A DNA stretch of 64,000 nt from a virus (taxonomy: Duplodnaviria; Caudoviricetes). Under the pieces are notes generated by a model. That model made no database searches. It was not told the origin of the DNA and saw only the letters and a list, made by a program, of their open reading frames with translations. Positions 30,658 to 40,509 of this stretch are shown here, piece after piece. The stretch lies in the IMG/VR virus record IMGVR_UViG_3300021431_004083, positions 187,550 through 251,549 of that record, one strand, 5' to 3'. The position numbers were made by a program, and so were the translations under genes. Each line of letters begins with the position of its first letter. The first letter of the stretch is position 1.

Positions 30658-32268
30658 GTGACATATATGTCCGGTATTACCAAAGACGAAGCCATGCGCA
30701 TCGTCACGGAAAAATACTTAGACGGAATTGACTGCCAAAACCCGCCGTCACCCCAAAAGTTGCAATCAGAGCTGCTCGCATGTGTCCAAAACGAATTCAA
30801 AGTACAAAACACAACGAAAGACAAAGGCGACAAATGGCGCATGCCCGATAAATTGTCGACATCGCAGCTTACCGAAGTGTTATTAAAACTATATCACATA
30901 AGAAATATCGCTTGCGCGGGCGAAAACGCCGATACAAGCTATGATCTGCTCGCGTTATACCAAACAGATGGATATAACAAAGGTATTTATGTCACAGACG
31001 AAAAAATCCTGCAGGATATCATGTCATTGTACAGCTATAATATCTCAAAAAAAGAGATGGAAGAGGTGCTGTACAAACTCAAAATCAAAGCTCCGCGCGT
31101 CAAACGCTGCGAGGAGCGTGATTTGATAGCCGTCAACAACGGCATATTTGATTACAGCACAAAAAAACTCACACCGTTCACACCTGATAAAGTATTCATA
31201 TCAAAATCTCATGTTGACTATGTCGACAACCCAAAGAACCCGTCAATTCTCGACGCGTCGGACGGAACGATATGGGACGTCGAATCATGGATGGAATCCT
31301 TATCAGATGACAAAGATATCACCAATCTGTTATGGGAAATCTTAGGTGCTATCATTAGACCTCACGTCAGATGGAACAAAAGCGCGTGGTTCTACTCTAC
31401 CGTCGGCAACAACGGCAAAGGTACGTTATGCGAATTAATGCGAAATATCTGTGGAGAAGGTGCTTACGCTTCGATTCCCATCTCCGATTTCAGCAAGGAC
31501 TTCATGCTTGAACCGTTAACGCGCGCGACGGCGATCATCGTCGATGAAAACAACGTCGGTTCATTTATTGACAAAGCAGCAAATCTCAAAGCGGTCATCA
31601 CGAACGACGTTATCGCGCTGAACCGAAAGTTCAAAGCGCCTATCGCATATCAATTCTTCGGCTTTATGGTACAGTGCCTGAACGAAATGCCACGCATCAA
31701 AGATAAGTCCGATTCATTCTATCGCCGACAAATCTTTGTGCCGTTCGAAAAAAGCTTTACGGGACGAGAGAAAAAGTATATCAAAAACGACTATCTCCAT
31801 CGCCCCGAAGTGCTCGAATACGTATTGTGGAAAGTGCTGAATATGAATTATTACACACTTTCCGAGCCTGCGGCATGTAAGCAAGCGCTCGAAGCATATA
31901 AAGAATACAACGACCCCGTCAGACAATTCGTATCCGAAATACTGCCGGAATGCAAATGGTCGCTGTTACCGTTCGATTTCCTGTATGACTTATACAAAGC
32001 ATGGTTTAAAAACTACGCGCCGTCAGGTACGCTGCAAGGACGCAATACGTTCGTAAACGACATCGTATCGGTCCTCGCCAATATGCCCGGTTATGTTGTC
32101 GACAGAACAAAACAACATACAACGGGACATCGTATGGACGCGGCGGAACCGTTGATAATCAAATACCAACTCAAAGACTGGTACAATCCACATTATCACG
32201 GCAACGACCCCGATAAAATCGCATTAGCGCCGCTCAAACGATGCTACAGAGGAATCGTTGTACAATAA
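30658..32268 (+). CDS. D5/P4-family SF3 replicative helicase (primase-associated type)
   Basis: IAVNNGIFD, Walker A GNNGKGT, Walker B IIVDE, motif C CLNEMP, FYRR. Confidence 0.85.
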   Translation: MTYMSGITKDEAMRIVTEKYLDGIDCQNPPSPQKLQSELLACVQNEFKVQNTTKDKGDKWRMPDKLSTSQLTEVLLKLYHIRNIACAGENADTSYDLLALYQTDGYNKGIYVTDEKILQDIMSLYSYNISKKEMEEVLYKLKIKAPRVKRCEERDLIAVNNGIFDYSTKKLTPFTPDKVFISKSHVDYVDNPKNPSILDASDGTIWDVESWMESLSDDKDITNLLWEILGAIIRPHVRWNKSAWFYSTVGNNGKGTLCELMRNICGEGAYASIPISDFSKDFMLEPLTRATAIIVDENNVGSFIDKAANLKAVITNDVIALNRKFKAPIAYQFFGFMVQCLNEMPRIKDKSDSFYRRQIFVPFEKSFTGREKKYIKNDYLHRPEVLEYVLWKVLNMNYYTLSEPAACKQALEAYKEYNDPVRQFVSEILPECKWSLLPFDFLYDLYKAWFKNYAPSGTLQGRNTFVNDIVSVLANMPGYVVDRTKQHTTGHRMDAAEPLIIKYQLKDWYNPHYHGNDPDKIALAPLKRCYRGIVVQ

Positions 32269-32270
32269 CA

Positions 32271-32303
32271 AAGAAACCGAGGGAAATCCCTCGGTTTTCT
32301 TTT
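32271..32303 (+). terminator. intrinsic terminator, probably bidirectional
   Basis: AAACCGAGGG-AAAT-CCCTCGGTTT plus T-tract between convergent genes. Confidence 0.75.
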
Positions 32304-32358
32304 GTGATAAAAATTAAGCGCCGCCTCCCCTACAGGAGAAGCGGTGCTTCTGCTTATA

Positions 32359-33021
32359 TCAATACGATGGACTTTGCTTTGACTTAGAAGCATCCTGTCC
32401 CTGCAGCTCAGGGGGCGACGGCAAAGGACGCAGCTTCGTTGATACGCTGAAAAAAGAATCAGGAGAAAAACCGCAAGCGTCACGCAACTCGCAAAGAATC
32501 GCGACGGTATCCTTTCGCTGCTCTGCCGTATACGCCGGATTGTTAATAAAGTCCTTATCGAGAAACGAAAAGGGAACGTCATCCTGTGTCGCGCCGTCAT
32601 AAACAATGTCATCGGACAATGCCGATTCTAAGATACGACGAACATTCTCCTCAGGGGAAATACTCGTACTGTAAGCGGGACAACCTTTTACAAAACCAAA
32701 GTAACGATTGTAAATAAAACCACGCATAGCGTCAGGCGACAAAGAACCGTCGGGATGCTCATTGCGTATCTCTGAAGAAATCGAACGGAACAATACATCG
32801 TTTGTAATCGATAACAAATGCAGCTCACGCTGTTCCGCAACAGACAACTCTCCGTCGAAAAATTCTTTATCCTTCAAATCGTTGATTCGATGGTTCAATG
32901 TGTACTTAACATTGTCATCGTCTTTATCATTTGTCGAAAAAACAGAATTAACAATATCACGCATAACAAAATCAATCCTTTCTTTCATACTCAAGCTCTT
33001 TACAATATCATCATAACACAA
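32359..33021 (-). CDS. hypothetical protein with RPLP...Y tail
   Basis: 220-aa ORF. Confidence 0.7.
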   Translation of the reverse strand: MCYDDIVKSLSMKERIDFVMRDIVNSVFSTNDKDDDNVKYTLNHRINDLKDKEFFDGELSVAEQRELHLLSITNDVLFRSISSEIRNEHPDGSLSPDAMRGFIYNRYFGFVKGCPAYSTSISPEENVRRILESALSDDIVYDGATQDDVPFSFLDKDFINNPAYTAEQRKDTVAILCELRDACGFSPDSFFSVSTKLRPLPSPPELQGQDASKSKQSPSY

Positions 33022-33049
33022 ATTGAAAATTTATCAAGAATTTTTTGAA

Positions 33050-34190
33050 GCCACTCAGAACACAAACGCATAATCATGCAGGAAAATAAAAAGAAAAAAG
33101 TAACAAAAACACGGCGCAAAGATAACAAAAGGATTGCAGTGGTGTAAGCATTTCGTTACAAATACAATGAAAAAAGTGACTTTAGTCAAAAACTGCAAAA
33201 AACGAAGAAAAAAATCACAGTTTTTAAAATAAAAAGTGTGACGTTAAAATTTAAGTAATAATCGAAGAAATCACAAAATAGGGTGGGGAACATACGTTCC
33301 AAAATCACAGTTTTTTATTTCTTTAAAAGAAAACAGTGAACCATTTTTTCTCGATTATTGCTGAAAAAACGAAAAAAGAACTCACGAAATCACACTTTTT
33401 TCGAAATTCTTATATAAGAACAGTTTTTTTGAGCTAATTGTAACCATTTTTCATGCATATTTTTTGCATACAAAAAAGTGATAATAATTCGAACATACAT
33501 ACGATTTGTGTAACGAAATACATCGAAAAAATAGGGTTGAAAAAGTTACAAATTCGTTACCGAAAAAAATCCCATGGCGGAAGTTGAAAAAAAGTGTGAA
33601 ACTGTGACTGTATAACCCTTTTTTATAGTAATAATCTATAATTTATATATCACAATTTATTTTTACCATACATTACCATTTTTCTATTTTGTATTTTCAA
33701 AAGTCTCATCAGCCCTCTTATCTTCTGTATTTCTTAACACTCTTTGACCTTAACTGACCACTCACACTTTTTTGAAAAAACTGTGAAAAAACTGTGATTA
33801 CCCATACAAGTTTTTACCCAAAGTTCTTTAGGAGAATAAAACGGTAACAAAAGTAACAGAGAAATTACAAAAAGAGTAACAAAACGAGCCGAGTTTTGAC
33901 CAAAGATTATTCTGTAAAAGAAAATAAAAAAGAGACAAAAACAAACGAAAAAATCCATTTTTAATTCCTAAAGAGAAAAAAGACGGAAACAAATCATCAG
34001 AATAAATATGCACACTAAAATAAAAAAAGAAAACATCGTTCCGAAAGAAAGGACATTTGTTGGGTTGTAAACTTGGTTATTATCGGCGCAAACCGCGACT
34101 CGCGTATTTGCGTGAGGATTTCGTCCGACGCAATGCGACGCCGGTAAACCGCAAAACAGGAAAAACAAACAAAATCCTTATAATGAGACA
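33050..34190. other. AT-rich non-coding region at the transcription divergence point; candidate oriV or oriT
   Basis: no credible ORF; recurring TCACA/TGTGA and GTAAC/GTTAC motifs among A/T tracts; near the helicase gene. Confidence 0.5.
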
Positions 34191-34207
34191 AAAGGAGAAA
34201 ACATCAT

Positions 34208-34657
34208 ATGTTTAGAGATGAAAAAGCGTTTCTGAGCAACTTCACCTACGTACCGACAGGTATCTATCACCATGGTATTCGATTCAACACGGTTGAAAAC
34301 GCATATCAGGCGGCAAAATGCGCTGATACCAAGGATATGTATCAGTTTGCCAACATCTCACCGGCACAGGCAAAAAAGCTCGGAAGAACGGTTACGCTTC
34401 GACCTGATTGGGACGCCGTAAAACTCGACGTCATGAAAGACCTGCTTTCTCAGAAGTTCGAATATCGGAAGTTCGCCAACAAATTAAAAACGACAGGCGA
34501 TGAACCCCTTATCGAAGAAAACTACTGGCACGACAACTACTGGGGTGTTTGTAAATGCCACAAATGCATGGCAAGTGCAACACACGGGCAAAACCATCTC
34601 GGTCGACTCCTGACAGAAATCAGAAATCGACTGAAAAACGAAGTCTCAATCGCATAA
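34208..34657 (+). CDS. NADAR (YbiA-like) protein
   Basis: FLSNF, TVENAYQAAK, AKKLGR, RPDWD, KF, L..TG..LIE, DNYWG and GQNHLGRLL motifs. Confidence 0.9.
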   Translation: MFRDEKAFLSNFTYVPTGIYHHGIRFNTVENAYQAAKCADTKDMYQFANISPAQAKKLGRTVTLRPDWDAVKLDVMKDLLSQKFEYRKFANKLKTTGDEPLIEENYWHDNYWGVCKCHKCMASATHGQNHLGRLLTEIRNRLKNEVSIA

Positions 34658-34672
34658 TATCTTGTATTTATA

Positions 34673-34701
34673 TTGACAAACTATAACAAATATAGTACAA
34701 T
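34673..34701 (+). promoter_or_regulatory. sigma-A promoter
   Basis: TTGACA-17 bp-TACAAT. Confidence 0.65.
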
Positions 34702-34741
34702 AAAACATACAGATACCCATTCGAAATCGAGAGGAAAACAA

Positions 34742-35335
34742 ATGAACAAAACGCTAAAAGGTATCGAACAGAGTATATCGGCATACGTCAAAAGCCTGAG
34801 AGAAACGACAACCGACGCAACTATCATTTGTATCAACGAGTTCATGAAAAAACGTTTAGATGATATCGTCAGTGTTTGCAGAATCCGCGAAAGCGTCAGT
34901 CATGCGTGCGCACTATGGGATACACCAATCGTCAATCTTGCAATAGCTAACCTATCGCTCGACGAACATCCTCAATACCACTTCGGATTTGACGAAAACG
35001 TCGTCAGCTTTTGCCTACTCAGCGATGACTACGAAATAACAGTCAACGCCGACTTCAAACACGAAAACGACTCTGTCATCGTAACAATTACATGGGTTGA
35101 AGATAACGACAATGCGCTTGTTGTGCAATACGATACCAAGAACCGCACACACAAAATCGTCAACAATCCGAACATGTATCATATCAATCAACATAGAACA
35201 GCAAACATGTATACCGCCAAAACGCTTACTGAGCTTACCAAAAAGACGCTAAACGACCTTGACCTGTATTTTGATGAATACATTGAAAAGCTCGCAGCCG
35301 AAACAAAAAGCTTCATGAACGACGATGAGCCTTAA
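34742..35335 (+). CDS. hypothetical protein
   Basis: start refined to ATG behind GAGG. Confidence 0.7.
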   Translation: MNKTLKGIEQSISAYVKSLRETTTDATIICINEFMKKRLDDIVSVCRIRESVSHACALWDTPIVNLAIANLSLDEHPQYHFGFDENVVSFCLLSDDYEITVNADFKHENDSVIVTITWVEDNDNALVVQYDTKNRTHKIVNNPNMYHINQHRTANMYTAKTLTELTKKTLNDLDLYFDEYIEKLAAETKSFMNDDEP

Positions 35336-35409
35336 CCGCTGTAAAGGAGAATATCAACATATGACCAACAGTTCCCACATTATAAAAGAAATCATGAGGA
35401 GGATACGAC

Positions 35410-35997
35410 ATGACAGAGAACACCATACTCAATGAACAAATCAAAGACCTCAGAAGGTCTGTCCAAAACAACATCAACCATTTCATCAACGTCAAACCCC
35501 TCAAAGACAGATGGAAACAGTTCTTTGAGGACCGACTCCAGCTCATACATGATATCATGACCATTTCTGACATTCTCAGAATGAACAGAAAACTGCCGTT
35601 TGTCATCCCTACGGAAAACGGACAGATTGCCATCTGGCTGGAGAACAACACGATCACTATCGAACATAGTGACAAGTGCTACAACCGTCAGACCGGGTAC
35701 ACCGTAGCAATGAACACACATTGCACCGACGTTGTATTCTATAAGCCCGTCACAGAAAACGGCTATAAAACCAACAGCGAGTTTTTCTCACTAAGCTTCC
35801 ATTCATGGGAAGGGTTATACAGAAGCTCTGACTATGAGAACTACTACTCCGCATGGGACCGTAAAAGTGTAGCCGAAAAGCTCGACCTGTTCGAAGAAGC
35901 CGATAAGACGTTTGACTTATTTTCCCGTTATTTTGACATGTTCGTTGAACAGTTCAAGGAATACGTCGAAGAAAAACTCAAGGCTATCAACTCTTGA
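35410..35997 (+). CDS. hypothetical protein
   Basis: GGAGG RBS. Confidence 0.7.
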   Translation: MTENTILNEQIKDLRRSVQNNINHFINVKPLKDRWKQFFEDRLQLIHDIMTISDILRMNRKLPFVIPTENGQIAIWLENNTITIEHSDKCYNRQTGYTVAMNTHCTDVVFYKPVTENGYKTNSEFFSLSFHSWEGLYRSSDYENYYSAWDRKSVAEKLDLFEEADKTFDLFSRYFDMFVEQFKEYVEEKLKAINS

Positions 35998-36041
35998 TAG
36001 CCTTGACCTTGATACCCTAACATAGGAAAGGATATACCAAA

Positions 36042-36338
36042 ATGGAAGACACAAAAAAGAACATTGCGGAATGCCCGTTTTGTCATAAAACAAAGACAAA
36101 AACCGTCAGCAAAGAAGACGGCACGCCGCACTATAACGGCAAAATGTGGGTAAAACGCTACAAAGTATACGTGACATGCAACGCGTGCCGCGCACGCGGA
36201 CCGATTGTATCCGCCCCGTTACCGTATATACACGGAAACCAACAGAATATCGACTGGGACGTTGTCAACGCAGAAAAAGACCGCGTCGAAAACGAAGCCA
36301 TCACAAAATGGAACGCCGCATCCGCACAAAAGGGGTGA
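36042..36338 (+). CDS. Lar-like (restriction alleviation) zinc-finger protein
   Basis: CPFC...V.C..C.ARGP...AI.KWN pattern. Confidence 0.7.
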   Translation: MEDTKKNIAECPFCHKTKTKTVSKEDGTPHYNGKMWVKRYKVYVTCNACRARGPIVSAPLPYIHGNQQNIDWDVVNAEKDRVENEAITKWNAASAQKG

Positions 36339-36343
36339 AATAA

Positions 36344-36799
36344 ATGACACACCAAAACAATCATAATATCTACGATATTGCTTTTTATTGCGTATATGTG
36401 GCAAACAAAAATGAAAAGTATATCACCAACGTTGATTTACAAATCATCCTATATATGCTGCAGGAACGCTATATCGAAAAGCATCATGAACCGCTGTTCT
36501 TTGCCCCTATTGAGCCCGATACCGATATGCCGAGAATAAAAAACATCTACTATCGTTTCGCAGGCTACGGCGCCATGGAAATCAAACCGTGTGATGAACA
36601 GCTCGAAAACTTCAACACAGCGCATTCGCTCGGAACAGACATCGCGTTATTCATCGAAGCAACGCTCACGGAATACGTAAACACCCCAAAATGGGATGTA
36701 TCAAAATTCTTCAACTACGAAGGTTCGGCTTATCGTATCTGCAAAGAAACAGGCCGTAACGATATCACATCATTCTTGCAAAAAGAATTCAACACATAG
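36344..36799 (+). CDS. Panacea/SocA (DUF4065)-like antitoxin
   Basis: IA.Y, ITNVDLQIILY, PLF..IE and P.I..IY motifs. Confidence 0.7.
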   Translation: MTHQNNHNIYDIAFYCVYVANKNEKYITNVDLQIILYMLQERYIEKHHEPLFFAPIEPDTDMPRIKNIYYRFAGYGAMEIKPCDEQLENFNTAHSLGTDIALFIEATLTEYVNTPKWDVSKFFNYEGSAYRICKETGRNDITSFLQKEFNT

Positions 36800-36847
36800 C
36801 ACACAGCAAAACAATCTCCGCTAAAAAAGGAAGAAAGGAGAATAACG

Positions 36848-37966
36848 ATGTTCACCTTAACAGGCAAACACACAAATGCCACCATCCACACAGACAATAT
36901 CGATAACGAGACCATCGGACAAATCATGTACATGATTAACCATCTGGACTTCCTTGAAGGCTCCAAAATCGCTATCATGCCTGACTGTCATGCAGGCAAA
37001 GGCTGCGTTGTCGGTACCACCATGACCATCAAGGACAAAATCGTACCTCGCTTTGTTGGTTCCGACCTTGGCTGCGGTGTCCTTGCCGTCAAGCTGAAAC
37101 AAGAAAATCTGGACCTCGCCGAACTGGACAATGTTATACGAACACACGTTCCGCACGGCTATACGCTCCATGCGGAGGACATCAAGCCTTTATACGACCC
37201 CGAATACAACAAGCTTCATGCCGACATCAGCCTCAACCGAGCTCCGAGAAGCCTCGGAACCCTCGGCGGGGGAAATCACTTCATCGAAATCGACAAAGAC
37301 AATGACGGCTTCTTATGGCTTGTTATTCACACAGGCAGCCGCCATCTCGGCAACGAGATTGCCAAATACTACAATCAAGTAGCAGCCAACCGTTACCTGT
37401 CTGTATCAAATAAAAACTACCATCCTGACTTCATGTACCTCGAAGGACAGGACTTCGAAAACTATTTCGAAGACGTTCTGATTGCCCAGTCTTTCGCAAG
37501 ACAGAACCGTATGCTCATCGCGAAAACCATCATGGACAACATGCGCCTTGATTGCTATTCCTTCATCGAAACCGCGCACAACTACATTGACGCAACGGTT
37601 GACAACGGAATCATCCTTCGCAAAGGGGCTGTTGCCGCGAAGCTGAACGAAGAACTCGTTATTCCTCTCAACATGAAAGACGGAACTCTCATTTGCACGG
37701 GACTCGGCAACAACGAATGGAACCAGTCTGCTCCTCACGGCGCGGGCAGAGCCATGAAACGCAGCGTCGCAAAAGACGCTATTTCCCTTGACGAGTACAA
37801 AGACGCTATGAAAGGTATTTATACCACGAGCGTCAATCAATCCACCATCGACGAAAGTCCGATGGCTTACAAACCGGCTCAGGAAATCATTGATTGTATC
37901 AAACCTACGGTAACAATCAAATCCATTATGAAGCCCATCTATAACTTTAAGTCATCTATTGACTGA
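36848..37966 (+). CDS. rtcB: RtcB-family RNA ligase
   Basis: MPDCHAGKG, DLGCG, GTLGGGNHFIE, HTGSR, HNY, RKGA, HGAGR and DESPMAYK motifs. Confidence 0.95.
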   Translation: MFTLTGKHTNATIHTDNIDNETIGQIMYMINHLDFLEGSKIAIMPDCHAGKGCVVGTTMTIKDKIVPRFVGSDLGCGVLAVKLKQENLDLAELDNVIRTHVPHGYTLHAEDIKPLYDPEYNKLHADISLNRAPRSLGTLGGGNHFIEIDKDNDGFLWLVIHTGSRHLGNEIAKYYNQVAANRYLSVSNKNYHPDFMYLEGQDFENYFEDVLIAQSFARQNRMLIAKTIMDNMRLDCYSFIETAHNYIDATVDNGIILRKGAVAAKLNEELVIPLNMKDGTLICTGLGNNEWNQSAPHGAGRAMKRSVAKDAISLDEYKDAMKGIYTTSVNQSTIDESPMAYKPAQEIIDCIKPTVTIKSIMKPIYNFKSSID

Positions 37967-37983
37967 AAAGGAGATTTAAAAAC

Positions 37984-38238
37984 ATGTCGAACAACAAATT
38001 GACTGTCAAGGACATCCTTGACATCTCGCCAAAAACCAAAATCAAGTTATACAAAGTCGTCAATAAAAAAGACGAACCCGATGACATCAAAAACTATACG
38101 TTTATGTTCGAAGGCAAAGCCGCAGAAGTGCCGACTGCGCTGCACGATTTGCCTGTGAGTGAACTCGATTCCGGCTGCGACTACGAAATCGACGAACACT
38201 ACATTGCAATTTTCTTCAAAGAGAAGGATACGCCGTGA
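37984..38238 (+). CDS. hypothetical protein
   Basis: AGGAG RBS. Confidence 0.65.
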   Translation: MSNNKLTVKDILDISPKTKIKLYKVVNKKDEPDDIKNYTFMFEGKAAEVPTALHDLPVSELDSGCDYEIDEHYIAIFFKEKDTP

Positions 38239-39080
38239 AAATTGAACAATTCATTACAACACTCAAAGACAATCCCGTCAAAATATATGACGACGACAAA
38301 GACAACAATCCTCTGATATACAAAGGACCGGGAAAAGACATTCCGCCCAAATACCATACGAAAAGCATTCTTGCCATGAATCTCGGACTTGATAACAACG
38401 AACCCGTGATTCTACTGCATTGTGTAAACAATCTCGCCCGTAAGGCGCACATCGGCAAGAAAAAAGTATCGTACACAGGACGACACATGACGATTATCGA
38501 TTACGAGAGCAACGCCAACATAACCGTCCAATTCGACGACGGCGTCGTCCTCAAAAAGCAAAGATTAGATGCTTTTCGCGCAGGACACATTCAACACCCT
38601 GATGACGATGAGTCGTACCAACAGCAAGCATCAAACAAAAAGAATGAACGTATCGGATTGTCATTTGAACAAACCAATGGTACGTTCACTATCATCGATT
38701 ATATAACATCAGATGATATAACAGTACGTTTTGATGACGGTACCGTAGTATACGGCGTGTCATGGAATCAAATCAAAAACAAAACCGTTCAGAAGCTTGA
38801 CCTGAACTCCTTTGAATGGACAATCACAGACCAATATGATGTTTCCAAAAACATCACATGGGAAGAAGCATTGCATTATTGCGAACAAGATGATATTCCT
38901 TCCGGTGACAGATGGCGAAAAAGAAGAATCAGCTTTCTGTTCAGACCGTCGCATTCGTGGAGAATATTTCTGCGCATCATGTATAAAGGCAACATGTTTG
39001 TCATAACCAGAAAAAAACCTCTTTCTGTTTTAACGGAAGAAAGGAGACAAAAACAAAATGTCAACAACAGTAACACGTGA
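38235..39080 (+). CDS. protein with duplicated I..Y....ITV.FDDG module; paralog of 57396-58208
   Basis: internal repeat visible in the translation. Confidence 0.7.
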   Translation: MKIEQFITTLKDNPVKIYDDDKDNNPLIYKGPGKDIPPKYHTKSILAMNLGLDNNEPVILLHCVNNLARKAHIGKKKVSYTGRHMTIIDYESNANITVQFDDGVVLKKQRLDAFRAGHIQHPDDDESYQQQASNKKNERIGLSFEQTNGTFTIIDYITSDDITVRFDDGTVVYGVSWNQIKNKTVQKLDLNSFEWTITDQYDVSKNITWEEALHYCEQDDIPSGDRWRKRRISFLFRPSHSWRIFLRIMYKGNMFVITRKKPLSVLTEERRQKQNVNNSNT

Positions 39081-39462
39081 CGGTTATCCTGTTATAAAAG
39101 ACAAACATTATTGGCTGATAGTTACAGGCCAAGCTTTTCCGTTAGAGGTTGTATGCACCAAACCAACGCCAACCGATCATGCCATGGTCAAAGAGTACGA
39201 CGAAGACGCGCCTGCGTGGTTTCCGCAGGAAGCGCTTGAAGCTCGTGGAAGCGACCTGTTCTACGACTATAAAAAAGCCAAAGAAGCAAGCGGGCAAATA
39301 TACAAATACGCCGTAGAGTATTACAAAAACCGCATTACGGATATTACCAGCTTCATCAAATTCCCCTTAAACATCGACCTATGTCGTATCGAAGCCGCGA
39401 AAGACGCTTACCTTCAGGCGGCAAGAAACCTATTCGGCGACCACATCGACGTCAAACTATAA
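39058..39462 (+). CDS. hypothetical protein; paralog of 44279-44683
   Basis: shared TRD...Y.L.. N-terminus. Confidence 0.65.
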   Translation: MSTTVTRDGYPVIKDKHYWLIVTGQAFPLEVVCTKPTPTDHAMVKEYDEDAPAWFPQEALEARGSDLFYDYKKAKEASGQIYKYAVEYYKNRITDITSFIKFPLNIDLCRIEAAKDAYLQAARNLFGDHIDVKL

Positions 39463-39475
39463 AAGGAGGCAAAAT

Positions 39476-39790
39476 ATGTTCGATTCCGACAATATGCAAA
39501 CTCTTGCGGACAAATCAGTCAAAACCTTCAATCCTGATACACAGGATTTAATACTCATCGAAGAGATGTCAGAGCTCACGAAAGCGTTGTTAAAACGAAG
39601 GCGTATCATATCAACACGCAGTTCAATGGATGAAACGTCTGTAACCGACAACATCATTGAGGAATTGACGCACGTACTCGTATCATGCGAAGTCCTTCGA
39701 CAAACGCTCGGCATAGACGCCGATGATATCGGCGAAAAAGTAGCCGAAAAGCTCCACAAATACAGAAATATCTTCGCTGTAACAGACTAA
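39476..39790 (+). CDS. MazG-like nucleotide pyrophosphohydrolase
   Basis: EEMSEL...EELTHV acidic helical motifs; His where Asp is usual. Confidence 0.65.
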   Translation: MFDSDNMQTLADKSVKTFNPDTQDLILIEEMSELTKALLKRRRIISTRSSMDETSVTDNIIEELTHVLVSCEVLRQTLGIDADDIGEKVAEKLHKYRNIFAVTD

Positions 39791-39808
39791 AAAGGAGAAC
39801 CAATACAC

Positions 39809-40495
39809 ATGGCAAATAATAATCTGACGCCCGATAAAAACAAAGTGCTCATCGACAAAGCTCGATTAATCGAAATATTTGTTGACGCAGAGCGCTTGTC
39901 TATGAACCCTGCTGAGAAAGAAAAACTCGCAAGCGACTATTTCAATGACGTCGTTTCCGAAAACGAGTTCATCAAACGAACAGCCATTTCAAACACGGCA
40001 CAAACTATCATCCACTGCATCTCACACTTATGCGACATCAAATCCATCATCGACGATGCGAAGAAGAATCCCGATTGGGACGTTGACCTCTCCGTCTCTT
40101 TAAGATTTAACGACGAAATCGTCGACCCCAATGAGATTTTCGTTATCAGATGTGACCTGTCACTTTCTGATAAAAGCATACTTGAAACATCATTCAAACA
40201 GTCCGACGCCAAACTGCGTGAAGACGACCGCACCGTTGTTGACATCGAAGCTACGCATCTCGATACGAATCTGTATCCCTTCAGTCTTGTGCTTCCGGAC
40301 AAGCTTCTTTCGGGAAAGGTAGAAGGCGTTTCCCATCTCACTGTATTCATTCCTGAACACATCTGTCCTGACAACGACATCGAAGTAAACATTGATGAAC
40401 TCGCTTTCATCATTACGAATAGAAACACAGGCGATGCTACCACAATCGCCGTCGAAATCGAAAACGCGGATATCGAAATTCGCAACAAACCCTAA
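39809..40495 (+). CDS. hypothetical protein; paralog of 41556-42302
   Basis: shared LRFN, VLP.KLL and AF..T...TG segments. Confidence 0.7.
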   Translation: MANNNLTPDKNKVLIDKARLIEIFVDAERLSMNPAEKEKLASDYFNDVVSENEFIKRTAISNTAQTIIHCISHLCDIKSIIDDAKKNPDWDVDLSVSLRFNDEIVDPNEIFVIRCDLSLSDKSILETSFKQSDAKLREDDRTVVDIEATHLDTNLYPFSLVLPDKLLSGKVEGVSHLTVFIPEHICPDNDIEVNIDELAFIITNRNTGDATTIAVEIENADIEIRNKP

Positions 40496-40509
40496 AAGGA
40501 GAAATCACA

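Noticed and set aside
33734-34168. Short minus-strand ORFs in the AT-rich gap
   Set aside because: Phe-rich translations of poly-A tracts with no convincing RBS.
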